64,000 nt of DNA from Thermomicrobiales bacterium (GTDB taxonomy: Bacteria > Chloroflexota > Chloroflexia > Thermomicrobiales > UBA6265): contig JASGJI010000019.1 of assembly GCA_049840815.1 (NCBI GenBank), positions 401,407-465,406 on the forward strand, in the 5' to 3' direction. Both the position numbers and the translations under genes were made by a program. A model generated the notes under the pieces. It saw only the letters and a program-made list of their open reading frames with translations. It did not search any database and was not told the DNA's origin. The first letter of the stretch is position 1. Each line of letters begins with the position of its first letter. Below are positions 24,534-34,767 of this stretch, in pieces.

Positions 24534-26696
24534 GTGTCTACCGCTTTCAATCGCCCGTCCATGTGGAAGCGGGTTGGCGCGCTCGCGCTTGCCGGCACGA
24601 TCGCGCTGGGGACACTCATGCCTGGGAACGGGTTGGTGTCCGCCGACAGCGGAGCCACCGTTACTCCCACACCATCGTCCACGTTCGACGTGCCGGCTGG
24701 GTCCGGACTTGCCGGGCTGACGGCAGTGGTCGTCGGCGGTGGCACGGACCTGTTCGCGGATCCGGCGGCGGATTCGACGGTCCTCGCCCATCTGGACGAG
24801 GGCACGGTCGTCGATCTGCGGATCGATGAGGCCGACACCGTTACCGACGCGAGCGGCGTGCGCTGGTGGCCCGTCGCCGTGAGTGGGCAGGATGGATGGA
24901 TCGCCGGGAACTTCCTGGCCGATGCTTCTGCCATCACCCCAACGGCAACTGCTACCTCGGCGGTGACGCCGACCGGCACCGTGTCCGGTGGCAGCGCGGA
25001 CGCGGAGTTCGACTACACCGGCGAGATCGTTGCCGGGATTCAGGCGATGGTCGCAGGTGACGGCAGCGCCGTGAACATGCGCTCAGCGGCGACCGCGAGC
25101 AGCGATATCGTCGCCGAGGTGCCGGATGGCGCGACGGTCACGCTTCGCATCGACACGACCGATACCGTGACCGATGTCAACGGCACGCGCTGGTGGCCGG
25201 TGAACTACGCCGGCAAGGACGGCTGGATTGCTGGCGCGTACCTCCGTGCCATCGTCACCCCGACGCCCACCGTGACGACGACGGTCTCTCCGACCGCGCC
25301 CGCGACTTCTGGTGAGACGGAGTTTGTCGCGGGGGCCTACGTCCGGGTGAAGACTGATGACGGCACCGGCGCGGTGCTCCGCTCGGAGCCGATCCCGACG
25401 GGCGGCCAGGTCGCCTCGTGGCAGGAAGGGCAGGTCGCCCAAATCATTTCCGGACCGCTTTCCTATGCAGGAAGCACGCGCGGCTGGTTCAAAGTCTCCA
25501 ACGGCGCCGTGACCGGCTACATCGATGGCGATCTGCTGGTGCTGGCCGGAGCAGCCCCGACGACGGGCACGACGACGCCAACGTCGGAATCGACAGGGGT
25601 CTTCGCACCGGGCGATAGCGCGATGGTCCAGACGGAGCGGGGGACGGGCGCGAACCTTCGGACGAGTGGAGACCCTGGTGCGGAGAGCATCAGTGTCGTG
25701 CCGGAGGGCGCGACGGTCGCGATCGTGAGCGGCCCGAGCTCGTTCACCGAGAGCACGAATGGGTGGTTCGAGGTTTCCTACAACGGCCAGACGGGCTTCG
25801 TCGATGGCGACCTGCTCGTGAAGCTCGCCTCCGCGACCGTCACGCCGACGACGGTCCCCGTGACGCCCGACACGACGGTGGTCGCCGGGCAGACGGGTGA
25901 GGACGGTAGCCTGCGCAAGGGCGATACGGTGACGGTGGCCTCGGGCAGTGGAGGGGTGAATGTCCGCCAGTCTCCTGCCGATGACTCGAGCATCGCGGGC
26001 TACCTGAACGACGGGGTCACGGCGACCATCATCGACGGCCCGATCAAGGACGAGGCAAATGCCTACTGGTACAAGGTCAGCAATGGCAGTGACGTCCAGG
26101 GGTGGGTGGCTGGACGCCTGATTACGACGGGTGGATCGGCGCCCGCCCCGACGCAGGCTCCCGTGACGGTGGCACCGACCGAGGCCGCGACGACTCCGGC
26201 TGAGACGGTGCCACCCGCACCGACGACGACTGCTCCGCCGACCGCCGCCCCGACGGCCACGACCGGACCGGCAGTTTCCGCACAAGGATTCATCATTCCG
26301 CTGGATTCCTACACGGTCACGCAGGAGTTCGGGTGCAGCTACCTCGGTTTCTACACCTACGATCCGGCGATGGGCTGCCCGGTTCATGACGGAATCGACC
26401 TCGCGGCACCGGAGGGCACGCCGATCCATGCCGCCAAGGCGGGCACTGTGGTCGCGGCTGGCTGGTGCGACTGCGGGCTGGGCTACTACGTCGAGATCGA
26501 CCATGGCAATGGTGTCCACACGCTGTATGGTCACATGCAGAGCCAGCCGTGGGTGACGGTCGGGCAGCAGGTCGCCCAGGGCGAGGAGATCGGGCCGCTC
26601 GGCAGCACGGGTCTCTCGACCGGACCGCACACGCACTTCATGGTCACGGTCGATGGTGTGGCGCAGAACCCGCGGAATTTCCTGCCCCCCACCTGA
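24534..26696 (+). CDS. secreted peptidoglycan hydrolase: five SH3b repeats plus C-terminal M23 metallopeptidase
   Basis: ORF 24384..26696 trimmed to GTG 24534 (GGAGGGAAGG upstream). It has a signal peptide (MWKRVGALALAGTIALG). It has repeated ...RWWPV...GKDGWIAG.YL SH3b units and an M23 core (HDGIDLAAPEGTPIHAA...GYYVEIDHGNG..TLYGHM...GSTG.STGPHTHF). Confidence 0.85.
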   Translation: MSTAFNRPSMWKRVGALALAGTIALGTLMPGNGLVSADSGATVTPTPSSTFDVPAGSGLAGLTAVVVGGGTDLFADPAADSTVLAHLDEGTVVDLRIDEADTVTDASGVRWWPVAVSGQDGWIAGNFLADASAITPTATATSAVTPTGTVSGGSADAEFDYTGEIVAGIQAMVAGDGSAVNMRSAATASSDIVAEVPDGATVTLRIDTTDTVTDVNGTRWWPVNYAGKDGWIAGAYLRAIVTPTPTVTTTVSPTAPATSGETEFVAGAYVRVKTDDGTGAVLRSEPIPTGGQVASWQEGQVAQIISGPLSYAGSTRGWFKVSNGAVTGYIDGDLLVLAGAAPTTGTTTPTSESTGVFAPGDSAMVQTERGTGANLRTSGDPGAESISVVPEGATVAIVSGPSSFTESTNGWFEVSYNGQTGFVDGDLLVKLASATVTPTTVPVTPDTTVVAGQTGEDGSLRKGDTVTVASGSGGVNVRQSPADDSSIAGYLNDGVTATIIDGPIKDEANAYWYKVSNGSDVQGWVAGRLITTGGSAPAPTQAPVTVAPTEAATTPAETVPPAPTTTAPPTAAPTATTGPAVSAQGFIIPLDSYTVTQEFGCSYLGFYTYDPAMGCPVHDGIDLAAPEGTPIHAAKAGTVVAAGWCDCGLGYYVEIDHGNGVHTLYGHMQSQPWVTVGQQVAQGEEIGPLGSTGLSTGPHTHFMVTVDGVAQNPRNFLPPT

Positions 26697-26706
26697 GCAT
26701 GAGTCG

Positions 26707-26752
26707 AACGGGAACGGGGAGCATGGTTCATGCCATGCTCCCCGTTCCCGTT
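26707..26752 (+). terminator. 20-bp perfect hairpin after the M23 gene
   Basis: AACGGGAACGGGGAGCATGG (26707-26726) pairs with CCATGCTCCCCGTTCCCGTT (26733-26752). Confidence 0.6.
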
Positions 26753-26843
26753 TGGGGCGTCGTGACGAGTCCCCGCCCTTCTACCATGTACAATAACGCC
26801 GATCGAGCAATAATTGCGTGTCGGCGTGGAGTCGGGGCAGCGG

Positions 26844-28142
26844 ATGGCACAAGGGCGCAGCGGCAGTCGAAATACCCGTACGACACGACGAGCCGCGCTC
26901 GACGCGCGCCGATCGGCGCGTCTGGTGGTTGCCGTGTTGCTCGGGGTGATGCTTGCCGCGCCGTTCTCCGCCATGTCGCTCGCGGCTGAAGCGGGTGGTG
27001 CTGGTCTGCAGCGCATATCCCCACACCTCACGCAGGAGACGGACGATCCTGACGGGGCGGCGGACCCTACAGAAGCCGTGCCGACTGACGTTCCTCCGAC
27101 GGAGATCCCCCCGACCGAGATTCCGCCGACCGATGTGCCCCCCACGGAACTTCCTACCGAGACCCTCGTGCCGACCGAGACCGCGACGGCCGAGCCGACG
27201 GCACCATCAACCCCATCCCCGACCACTACCGCCTCCCCGACGATCATGCCTTCGCCTGCGGTGGCCTGGTCGTTGTCGCCCGATCTCGTCTGCGAGACCG
27301 AGGCCGATGCGGTGGTCTCGGGCGGTTCGATTGTCTACGTATGCAGGGTGGCTGCGACCGTCGTGGCCGGGGCCGCCCCGAACCTTGCATTGGAGCTTCA
27401 GTGGGATGTCACGACCGACGGACGCTCCGATGACTGGTCGATCGAGGTGCGTCCATCCGACGCGGAGGCGTGGTCGGATGCCGGAGATGGAACCCCGCTC
27501 GAGATCGTCGATGCGTTCACGACCGGGTCCGGTACGAGCACGCAGACGCTGGCCCGACCGCTGACGTTCGACCTGCAACTTACCCGTGCGTCGTGCGTGA
27601 CGACCGATCCTCCCATCGCCGTCAGGATATCCGCCAGCATCACGGCACCACACGCATCGACGATGCCGATCGCGGCGACGGGGAGCACGACGCGCGACGC
27701 GACGGTGACGCCTGTTCTCGCGGCGATTCCAGAGCCGTCGATCTCGTTCCTGGGGCCATTGACGTTCGGGCAGGTGAGCCTGCCATCGAACGAGCAGGTC
27801 GCGGTTCAGGCTTCGACGGCGGTGTTGCTGATCGACGGACTCGACCAGAGTTGCGGCATCTGGACCATCGCGGTGGAAGGCGGATCGCTTTCCGCAGGAG
27901 GTGGCCGGGTGCTGGAGGCGGCGAATGTCCAGCTCATTTCGGTGAACGGGCAGCTCGCGCCATCAAGTCCGTGCGGCCTCGATGAGGCCTGCGTCGTTGC
28001 CGTGATCGCTGCCGGACCGAATAGCCTGTCCTCGCTGCAACTCACATTGGGGTTTCAGGTGATCGTGCCAGCTGATGCACCATTGGGCGCGCTCCAGGCC
28101 CTGGTGACGGCAACGATCTTCAGGGGGACCGCATTACCATGA
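26844..28142 (+). CDS. secreted protein with PT-rich tandem repeats and a C-terminal WxL-like domain
   Basis: ORF 26814..28142; ATG 26844 is preferred over TTG 26814. It has a signal peptide (ARLVVAVLLGVMLAAPFSAMSLAAEA) and PTDVPPTEIPPTEIPPTDVPPTELPTE repeats. The C-terminal LTFGQVSL...LLIDGLDQSCGIWTIAVEGGSLS...LQALVTATIF resembles the WxL-domain layout. Confidence 0.6.
   Translation: MAQGRSGSRNTRTTRRAALDARRSARLVVAVLLGVMLAAPFSAMSLAAEAGGAGLQRISPHLTQETDDPDGAADPTEAVPTDVPPTEIPPTEIPPTDVPPTELPTETLVPTETATAEPTAPSTPSPTTTASPTIMPSPAVAWSLSPDLVCETEADAVVSGGSIVYVCRVAATVVAGAAPNLALELQWDVTTDGRSDDWSIEVRPSDAEAWSDAGDGTPLEIVDAFTTGSGTSTQTLARPLTFDLQLTRASCVTTDPPIAVRISASITAPHASTMPIAATGSTTRDATVTPVLAAIPEPSISFLGPLTFGQVSLPSNEQVAVQASTAVLLIDGLDQSCGIWTIAVEGGSLSAGGGRVLEAANVQLISVNGQLAPSSPCGLDEACVVAVIAAGPNSLSSLQLTLGFQVIVPADAPLGALQALVTATIFRGTALP
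27081..27155 (+). repeat. five tandem 15-nt (PTxxP) coding repeats
   Basis: ccgactgacgttcct / ccgacggagatcccc / ccgaccgagattccg / ccgaccgatgtgccc / cccacggaacttcct. The repeats degenerate further downstream. Confidence 0.8.
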
Positions 28143-28711
28143 GGGATCGGTGCCTCGGAGCGATGGCGGTCGTGCGGACGCTTGTCGTCGTGCTTCTGGT
28201 GCTTGGCTCGGTCGGTGGGGAGCGGGTGTTCGCCGACACGTCCGCCTCCACCACGGCAAGCCTGAATGTCGGGCCGACGAGCGACACGACGTTCGCCGTC
28301 GCCGTTTCCGGGTCGACGTTCAGCGCGGTGACGTACCGGACCGGCAGCAGCTTCCAGAACGCGAGCGGGTCGGTTGTCATCACCGTCGTGGATGCCCGGG
28401 GAACGGGTGCGGGATGGACCGTCTCACTGGCGGCGAGCGGGGACTTGAAGTCCGGGGCGTCCAGCATCCCCATCAATGCCCTGTCGTTTCAGCCGGCATC
28501 GGTTCAGGGGCAGAATGGTGCGAACCCGAACGGGATCAACCGCTATGCGTTGACGATGTCCGCGCAATCCCAGCGTGTGCTGGTGGCGACGAACGGAAGC
28601 GGTAAAGGCACCTTCGTCTGCGCCCTGCAAGGGACGATCCGCGTCCCCGACCGGACGGCCGCCGGTACCTACACGACCACGCTGACGGTGACGCTGGTCT
28701 CCGGTTCCTGA
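28139..28711 (+). CDS. small secreted WxL-like domain protein
   Basis: ORF 28139..28711, with an ATGA overlap with the upstream stop. It has a signal peptide. VVDARGTGAGWTVSLAASGDL matches the proximal D.RG...GW.[LV] motif. The C-terminal AGTYTTTLTVTLVSGS matches the distal motif, with Trp replaced by Val. Confidence 0.6.
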   Translation: MRDRCLGAMAVVRTLVVVLLVLGSVGGERVFADTSASTTASLNVGPTSDTTFAVAVSGSTFSAVTYRTGSSFQNASGSVVITVVDARGTGAGWTVSLAASGDLKSGASSIPINALSFQPASVQGQNGANPNGINRYALTMSAQSQRVLVATNGSGKGTFVCALQGTIRVPDRTAAGTYTTTLTVTLVSGS

Positions 28712-28781
28712 CGCATTCGCGAATCGTCCTGTGTCATCCCATCACCTATGGATACAATGACCATGTGGCATTATTGTCCAT

Positions 28782-30077
28782 GTGGCATCTATGTTGGTTG
28801 GTGGGGGAGTGGGTACGGTGACACGATCAATGTTGGGGCGATTGGTCAGGGAACGGGTGCTTGCGGCAGGCATGGCGATGATGCTCCTGCTCTCGCTCTG
28901 CTCGCCGATGCAGGCAATCGCCCAGGATTCGACGCCTCCCGCCTCGCCGGCGGCATCGACGACCGGCGTCCTCTTCTCGGTGAATCCGAAGGGTCAGGTG
29001 GATGGATCGTTCTTCGAGCTGAAGGCGAAGCCGGGCGACACCCTGGAACTCACCGTTCAGTTCGGGAACCTTGGGGCTGAGGCAATCGACCTGCGAACCT
29101 ATGTTGCCGACGTCGTGACGCTGATCAATGGCGGGATGGGCATCACCGCCGAGGGCACCGCTGCGCAAGCGCCGACGACCTGGATCACGTATCCCGCCCA
29201 GACCTACTCGCTGAACCCCAACGACGGACGGGAAATCACCTTCAAGGTGGTCGTGCCGACGGACGCGGCACCGGGGAACTACGTGAGCGCCCTGGTGGTG
29301 CAGACGGCGGACCCGGTTCCGGTGGAGGGCACGCCGCTCTTCGACCAGATCATCCAGAAGGCGGTGGCGATCGACATTACGGTCGAGGGTGATGCCCAGC
29401 CGAAGCTGGAGATCGGCACGGCGACCTACGACGCATCGGGATCGTCCCCGACCTTGAGCGTCGAGATCAGGAACACGGGTGCGCTGCGTCTTCGACCAGC
29501 CGGCAAGATCTCCGTGAAGGACGCTTCCGGCGAGGAGATTCTCAGCGCCGACGTGGCAATGGGCAGCGTCTATGCCCGGACGGACACGCGCCTGCAGTTC
29601 GTGCTGCAACAGCCACTCCCTGCCGGGCACTACACCATCGACCTGACGCTCGCGGATGCGGATACGAAGGCGGAAGCCTCGGTGACGGACCTCGCGTTCG
29701 AGGCGATGGCACCGGTGGCACCGATCCAGACGACCATCATCTTCCAGGACATCGCCATCGCGGCTGGTCCGGACGCGACCGCGCCGCAGTTCGCCACGGT
29801 GACGGGCACGATCGTCAACAATGGCACGGCCCTGCCGAACGCGCAGCTCTCGATCACGGCCTCCCTCGATGGCAAGGAAGTCGAGACGTTCCAGCTGTTG
29901 CCGTCGGTCTCGCTGGCTACCGGCAACACCCCGATCCAGCAGCGGTACATTCCGGGTACTGGCTTCACCAAGGGAACATGGACCTTCGTCCTCACGCTCG
30001 AAAGCGTCGACCCATCCACTGGTGTCGCGTCCAAGCTGATCGAGCAGCCGGTGGAAACGCAGGTCGTCGTGCCATAA
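28782..30077 (+). CDS. secreted DUF916-like (WxL-interacting/CscA-like) protein, no C-terminal anchor
   Basis: ORF 28782..30077; GTG 28818 or ATG 28830 are alternative starts. It has a signal peptide. LFSVNPKGQVDGSFFELKAKPGDTLELTVQFGNLG...TWITYPAQTYSLNPNDGREITFKVVVPTDAAPGNYVSALVV fits the DUF916 N-terminal pattern. Ig-like repeats follow. Confidence 0.55.
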   Translation: MASMLVGGGVGTVTRSMLGRLVRERVLAAGMAMMLLLSLCSPMQAIAQDSTPPASPAASTTGVLFSVNPKGQVDGSFFELKAKPGDTLELTVQFGNLGAEAIDLRTYVADVVTLINGGMGITAEGTAAQAPTTWITYPAQTYSLNPNDGREITFKVVVPTDAAPGNYVSALVVQTADPVPVEGTPLFDQIIQKAVAIDITVEGDAQPKLEIGTATYDASGSSPTLSVEIRNTGALRLRPAGKISVKDASGEEILSADVAMGSVYARTDTRLQFVLQQPLPAGHYTIDLTLADADTKAEASVTDLAFEAMAPVAPIQTTIIFQDIAIAAGPDATAPQFATVTGTIVNNGTALPNAQLSITASLDGKEVETFQLLPSVSLATGNTPIQQRYIPGTGFTKGTWTFVLTLESVDPSTGVASKLIEQPVETQVVVP

Positions 30078-30230
30078 CGACGCCCGTGCCGATTCTGGCG
30101 CCGGTCGTCTCCGTCTCCGATCGATCCACGATGACGTGGTTCGACTGGGGACGGTTCGCGTTTCAGGGGATGATGACGCGGTACAGTTGCACGATGGTAT
30201 GGCAGCGGATCGGTGAAGGGAAGTGGCAGG

Positions 30231-31292
30231 ATGTCGCGTGGGTGGGTTGCGAAGGCGGTCGAGGAACTGGAGCGCGATGCGCGGCGATCAGCGGATACGC
30301 ACCTGATCCGGCTCGACGTGCCGGGTGCTCCGGGGATCACCATCTACCTGAAGGATGAATCGACCCACCTCACGGGCAGCCTGAAGCATCGCCTCGCGCG
30401 GTCGCTCTTCCTCTATGGCCTCTGCAACGGGGCGATTGTCGAAGGCACGACGCTGGTGGAGGCGTCGTCCGGGAGTACCGCCGTCTCCGAGGCGTACTTC
30501 GCGCGGCTGCTGGGACTGCCGTTTGTCGCGGTGATTCCGGCGGGGACGTCGCAGGCGAAAACCGACCAGATCGCCTTCTACGGCGGGCGCTGCCATTTCG
30601 TCGAGGATGGGGCGATGGTCTACGACGAGGCGGCGCGGCTGGCGGTGGAGACGAACGGCTATTACCTCGACCAGTTCACGAATGCCGCCACGGCGACGGA
30701 CTGGCGTGGGAACAACAACATCGCGGAGTCGATCTTCACGCAGATGCGCTCCGAGCCGCACGCGGAGCCGACATGGATCGTGGTTGGGGCGGGGACGGGC
30801 GGCACGTCGTCCACCATCGGGCGTTACTTGCGCTATCGCGGGCATGACACGCGCCTGTGCGTGGTCGATCCGGATAACTCCGTCTTCTACGATCACTTCA
30901 TGGGTGTAGATCGTGGAGACAAGCGCTGCCCTGGGTCCGGGATCGAGGGGATCGGGCGACCGCGGGTGGAGCCATCGTTCAACCCATGCGTGATCGACCG
31001 CATGATCCGGGTCGCGAACTGCGAGTCCTACGCGGGCATGCATTTCCTAGCGGAGGCGATTGGGCGGCGCTATGGCGGATCGACGGGCACGAACATGGTC
31101 GGCGTCTTCGCATTGGCCGCCGAGATGCAGGCGGCGGGGGAATCCGGCGCCATCGTGACGCTGGCGTGTGATCCGGGCGAGCGGTATCTGGACTCGTACT
31201 ACAACCCGGCGTGGCTGGAGGCGAACGGCTATGACCTGGAGCCGAAGATCGCGCGCTTCCGCCGCTTCTTCCACGAGGGCATCTGGGAGTAG
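30231..31292 (+). CDS. PLP-dependent cysteine synthase family protein
   Basis: ORF 30213..31292 trimmed to ATG 30231. Motifs: [15 protein letters not shown] (PLP Lys context), [23 protein letters not shown]. Confidence 0.8.
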   Translation: MSRGWVAKAVEELERDARRSADTHLIRLDVPGAPGITIYLKDESTHLTGSLKHRLARSLFLYGLCNGAIVEGTTLVEASSGSTAVSEAYFARLLGLPFVAVIPAGTSQAKTDQIAFYGGRCHFVEDGAMVYDEAARLAVETNGYYLDQFTNAATATDWRGNNNIAESIFTQMRSEPHAEPTWIVVGAGTGGTSSTIGRYLRYRGHDTRLCVVDPDNSVFYDHFMGVDRGDKRCPGSGIEGIGRPRVEPSFNPCVIDRMIRVANCESYAGMHFLAEAIGRRYGGSTGTNMVGVFALAAEMQAAGESGAIVTLACDPGERYLDSYYNPAWLEANGYDLEPKIARFRRFFHEGIWE

Positions 31293-31293
31293 G

Positions 31294-31758
31294 GGCGAGG
31301 CGAGAGACGGTCGGAGTGAGAACGAGGCGGTGGACCTGCGTCGGACTCCGTGGATCAAGTGTCGGGTTGAGCGAATCAATCCCTGTAGGGGCGATCCTTG
31401 TGATCGCCCAGGGTCCTGCGGCAAAACCTCGGGCGATCACCGGCCACAGCTGCGAGGATCGCCCCTACGAGACGTATGACACTTTGGCCTTGACGATCTA
31501 CTCAGTGTCGTTCCCTCCGAAACTCCGTCGGTGTGGCTTCGTCGCGATGTGGACCTGTGCCGGTCGAGGGAGACATAACGCCTGATTCGGCTGTTCCAGG
31601 AGTGCATGAACGGCGGAGGCGGTAGGGGCCAACAGCGGACGGACCCCGTGTCGGTCCCTACGTACGGACGCCCTGCCAGTAGGGACCGATCGCGCATTGA
31701 TCCGATGCGAGGAGCCTCCCGTCTCTCACTTCTCACTCCTCTTACCTCTCCCCTCGCC
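31294..31758. repeat. 465-bp non-coding segment bounded by imperfect 29-nt inverted repeats, packed with palindromes
   Basis: 31294-31322 matches the reverse complement of 31730-31758 at 22/29 positions (GGCGAGG ... GGAGTGAGAA blocks identical). Inside are GTAGGGGCGATC...GATCGCCCCTAC (31385-31468) and a GTAGGG/GGACC..GGTCCCTAC unit (31622-31690). Confidence 0.5.
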
Positions 31759-31865
31759 GGAGTGGGTTGCGAGTCCGGTGGCTTCGGGGGAAGATGCGGG
31801 CAGATCGTATCGCCGGCAGCGTCAGGTCTGGCAGTGTCGCCGGGCCGCCGTATCAGGAGGACTCC

Positions 31866-33452
31866 GTGAGCGAATCCGTCTCCCTCACCGCACCCGTCGC
31901 CCCCGAGCTGGAATCGTTCGTCTCGCCGGAGGCGCTCGCCTTCGTGGCCGACCTGCATCGGCGGTTCAACCCGCGCCGGCAGGAGTTGCTGGTTGCGCGC
32001 GGCGTGCGGCAGGAGCGCATCCTGAGTGGCGAGGAGCTCGGATTCCTCGAGGAGACGGCGGCGATCCGCAACGATCCCTCGTGGAAGGTTGCGTCCGCGC
32101 CCGCTGACTTGAACGACCGCCGTGCCGAGATCACCGGGCCATGCGACCGCAAGATGGTCATCAACGCGCTCAACTCCGGGGCGAAGGTCTTCATGGCCGA
32201 CCTGGAGGACGCATCGTCCCCAACCTGGCACAACGTGGTCGATGGGCAGCGCAACCTCCACGATGCCGTGCGCCGCACCATCACCTTCGCAAACCCGGAC
32301 GGCCGCACGTATCAGCTGAACGAGGAGACCGCGACGTTGCTGGTGCGCCCGCGTGGATGGCACCTGAATGAGGCGCACATTCTCGTCGATGGAGGCGAGG
32401 CGTCCGGAAGCCTCGTCGATTTCGGTCTCTATTTCTTCCACAACGGCAAGGAGCTGGTCGAGCGCGGGAGCGGGCCGTACTTCTACCTGCCGAAGATGGA
32501 GAGCCACCTCGAAGCGCGGCTCTGGAACGATGTCTTCACCTACGCGCAGGAGCAACTGGACATTCCGCACGGCACCATCCGGGCGACGGTGCTGATCGAG
32601 ACCTTCCCGGCGGCGTTCGAGATGGAGGAGATCCTCTACGAACTGCGCGACCACGCGGCAGGACTGAATGCCGGGCGCTGGGACTACATCTTCAGCGCGA
32701 TCAAGACGTACCGGAACCGCCCGGACAAGCTGCTGCCGGATCGAGCGCAGGTGACGATGGCGGTGCCGTTCATGCGGGCCTATACGCAGTTGCTGGTGAA
32801 GACCTGCCACACCCGAGGGGCACATGCGATCGGCGGCATGGCGGCCTTCATCCCCACGCGCCGCGATCCGGAGGCGAACGAGATCGCGATGGCGAACGTC
32901 CACAAGGACAAGGAGCGCGAGGCCAACGACGGCTTCGATGGCTCGTGGGTGGCGCATCCGGGACTGGTGCCGATCGCGATCGAGGAGTTCACAAAGGTCC
33001 TCGGCGAGCGGCCGAACCAGAAGGAGAAGCTGCGCGAGGACGTGATCCCCGATCCGGTCGCGCTGACAACCTTCGACGTGCCGGGTGGCAAGATCACGGA
33101 GGCCGGGTTGCGCCTGAACGTGAATGTCGCCTTGCAGTACATCGACTCGTGGCTGAACGGGGTTGGCGCGGCGGCGATCAACAACCTGATGGAGGACGCC
33201 GCGACGGCCGAGATCTCCCGCGCGCAGGTCTGGCAGTGGATTCGCCACAACGCATCCACGGACGATGGCGAGCCGATCACCCGCGAGCGGTACGCGACGA
33301 TCCGCGAGGAGGAGTTGGCGAAGCTGACGGCCCAGCGCGAAAGCCGGTTCGCCGATGCGGCGGCGATTCTCGACCTGCTGGTGCTCAACGACGAGTTCCT
33401 GTCGTTCCTGACGTTGCCGGCCTACCAGACGCTCGACCGGGATGCCGCCTGA
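31866..33452 (+). CDS. aceB: malate synthase A
   Basis: ORF 31767..33452 trimmed to GTG 31866 (CAGGAGG 5 nt upstream), giving 528 aa. Motifs: [33 protein letters not shown] and [10 protein letters not shown]. Confidence 0.9.
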   Translation: MSESVSLTAPVAPELESFVSPEALAFVADLHRRFNPRRQELLVARGVRQERILSGEELGFLEETAAIRNDPSWKVASAPADLNDRRAEITGPCDRKMVINALNSGAKVFMADLEDASSPTWHNVVDGQRNLHDAVRRTITFANPDGRTYQLNEETATLLVRPRGWHLNEAHILVDGGEASGSLVDFGLYFFHNGKELVERGSGPYFYLPKMESHLEARLWNDVFTYAQEQLDIPHGTIRATVLIETFPAAFEMEEILYELRDHAAGLNAGRWDYIFSAIKTYRNRPDKLLPDRAQVTMAVPFMRAYTQLLVKTCHTRGAHAIGGMAAFIPTRRDPEANEIAMANVHKDKEREANDGFDGSWVAHPGLVPIAIEEFTKVLGERPNQKEKLREDVIPDPVALTTFDVPGGKITEAGLRLNVNVALQYIDSWLNGVGAAAINNLMEDAATAEISRAQVWQWIRHNASTDDGEPITRERYATIREEELAKLTAQRESRFADAAAILDLLVLNDEFLSFLTLPAYQTLDRDAA

Positions 33453-33483
33453 CACCTGGTCCGATGCTGCCTTCGGAGAATCC

Positions 33484-34767
33484 ATGACTGACCGCTCCCT
33501 GAGCGACGCCGATGCCCGCGCCGCCCTGCTGATGACGCGCTGCGATGAGCTTGCCCGCTGCACCGAGGGGCAGGGCGAGTTGACGCGCACCTACGCCTCC
33601 GCCGCCCTCCGGGACGCGACCGCGCTCGTGGCCGGGTGGATGGCCGAGGCGGGGATGACGACGCGCACCGATGTCGTCGGGAACCTGGTCGGGCGTTATG
33701 AGGCCGATCCCGCCGTGCCGCATCCCCGGACATTCCTGATCGGCGGACATCTCGATTCGGTGCGCAACGCAGGCCGCTACGATGGTCCGCTCGGGGTACT
33801 CACTGGCATTGCGTTCGTGCAGCGACTGCATGCCGAGGGCCGGCGGCTGCCGTTCGCGGTCGAGGTCATCGGGTTCGCGGACGAGGAGGGTGTGCGCTTC
33901 CACACGACCTACATTGGGTCGGGGACCGTTGCCGGGACGTTCGCGCCGGAGTCGTTGACCCACACCGATCCGGATGGCATCACGCTCGCCGAGGCAATGC
34001 GCGGGTTCGGGCTCGATCCCGATCGCCTGGCCGATGGGCGGCGCGATCCCGGCGATCTGCTTGGGTTCGTGGAGGTGCATATCGAGCAGGGACCGGTGCT
34101 GGAGCGGCGCGGACTCCCGGTGGGCGTCGTCACGGGGATCGCCGGGGCGACGCGAGCGAGTGTCGTCTTCACCGGGATGGCCGGGCACGCGGGGACGGTG
34201 CCGATGCCGTTGCGGCGTGATGCGCTGGCGGCGGCATCCGAATTCATCCTGGCCGTGGAGCGGATCGCGAACGAGGTGGAGCAGCTCGTCGGGACGGTCG
34301 GGCAGGTCTCGGTGCTGCCGGGCGCGAGCAACGTGATTCCGGGCCGGGTCGAGTTGACACTCGATGTTCGGCATCAGAACACCGCCGTGCGGGAGGCTGC
34401 TGTGGGACGGATGCGGGATGCGTTGGCCGAACTCGCGGCGCGGCGGCGTGTCGAGGCCGAATGGATCGACGTGCCGGGCTATCCGACCGTCGAATGCGAT
34501 CTCGACCTGATGAGCCGCCTCATCGACGCGATTGCGGACGAGGGGATCGAGCCGCTGCGGCTGCCGAGCGGAGCGGGGCACGACGCGGTGCCGCTCTCGA
34601 CGATCACGCCGGTTTCCATGCTCTTCGTGCGGTGCAAGGATGGGATCAGCCACAACCCGGCGGAATCGATCGTCGGGGAGGACGTGGCGGTGGCGATCCG
34701 CGTCCTCGACCGGTTCATGCTCGGGATCGCGCTGGCGGTCGCGACCAGTTTCCAGCTCGAGGATTGA
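33484..34767 (+). CDS. M20-family amidohydrolase (allantoate amidohydrolase / N-carbamoyl-amino-acid hydrolase type)
   Basis: ORF 33442..34767 trimmed to ATG 33484 (GGAGAA upstream). Motifs: GGHLDSVRNAGRYDGPLGV and GFADEEGVRF. Confidence 0.85.
   Translation: MTDRSLSDADARAALLMTRCDELARCTEGQGELTRTYASAALRDATALVAGWMAEAGMTTRTDVVGNLVGRYEADPAVPHPRTFLIGGHLDSVRNAGRYDGPLGVLTGIAFVQRLHAEGRRLPFAVEVIGFADEEGVRFHTTYIGSGTVAGTFAPESLTHTDPDGITLAEAMRGFGLDPDRLADGRRDPGDLLGFVEVHIEQGPVLERRGLPVGVVTGIAGATRASVVFTGMAGHAGTVPMPLRRDALAAASEFILAVERIANEVEQLVGTVGQVSVLPGASNVIPGRVELTLDVRHQNTAVREAAVGRMRDALAELAARRRVEAEWIDVPGYPTVECDLDLMSRLIDAIADEGIEPLRLPSGAGHDAVPLSTITPVSMLFVRCKDGISHNPAESIVGEDVAVAIRVLDRFMLGIALAVATSFQLED

Noticed and set aside
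27081-27200. Short tandem repeats as a possible CRISPR or VNTR locus
   Set aside because: The 15-nt units are in frame inside a secreted-protein gene and encode PTxxP repeats. There are no spacers, so this is not a CRISPR array.
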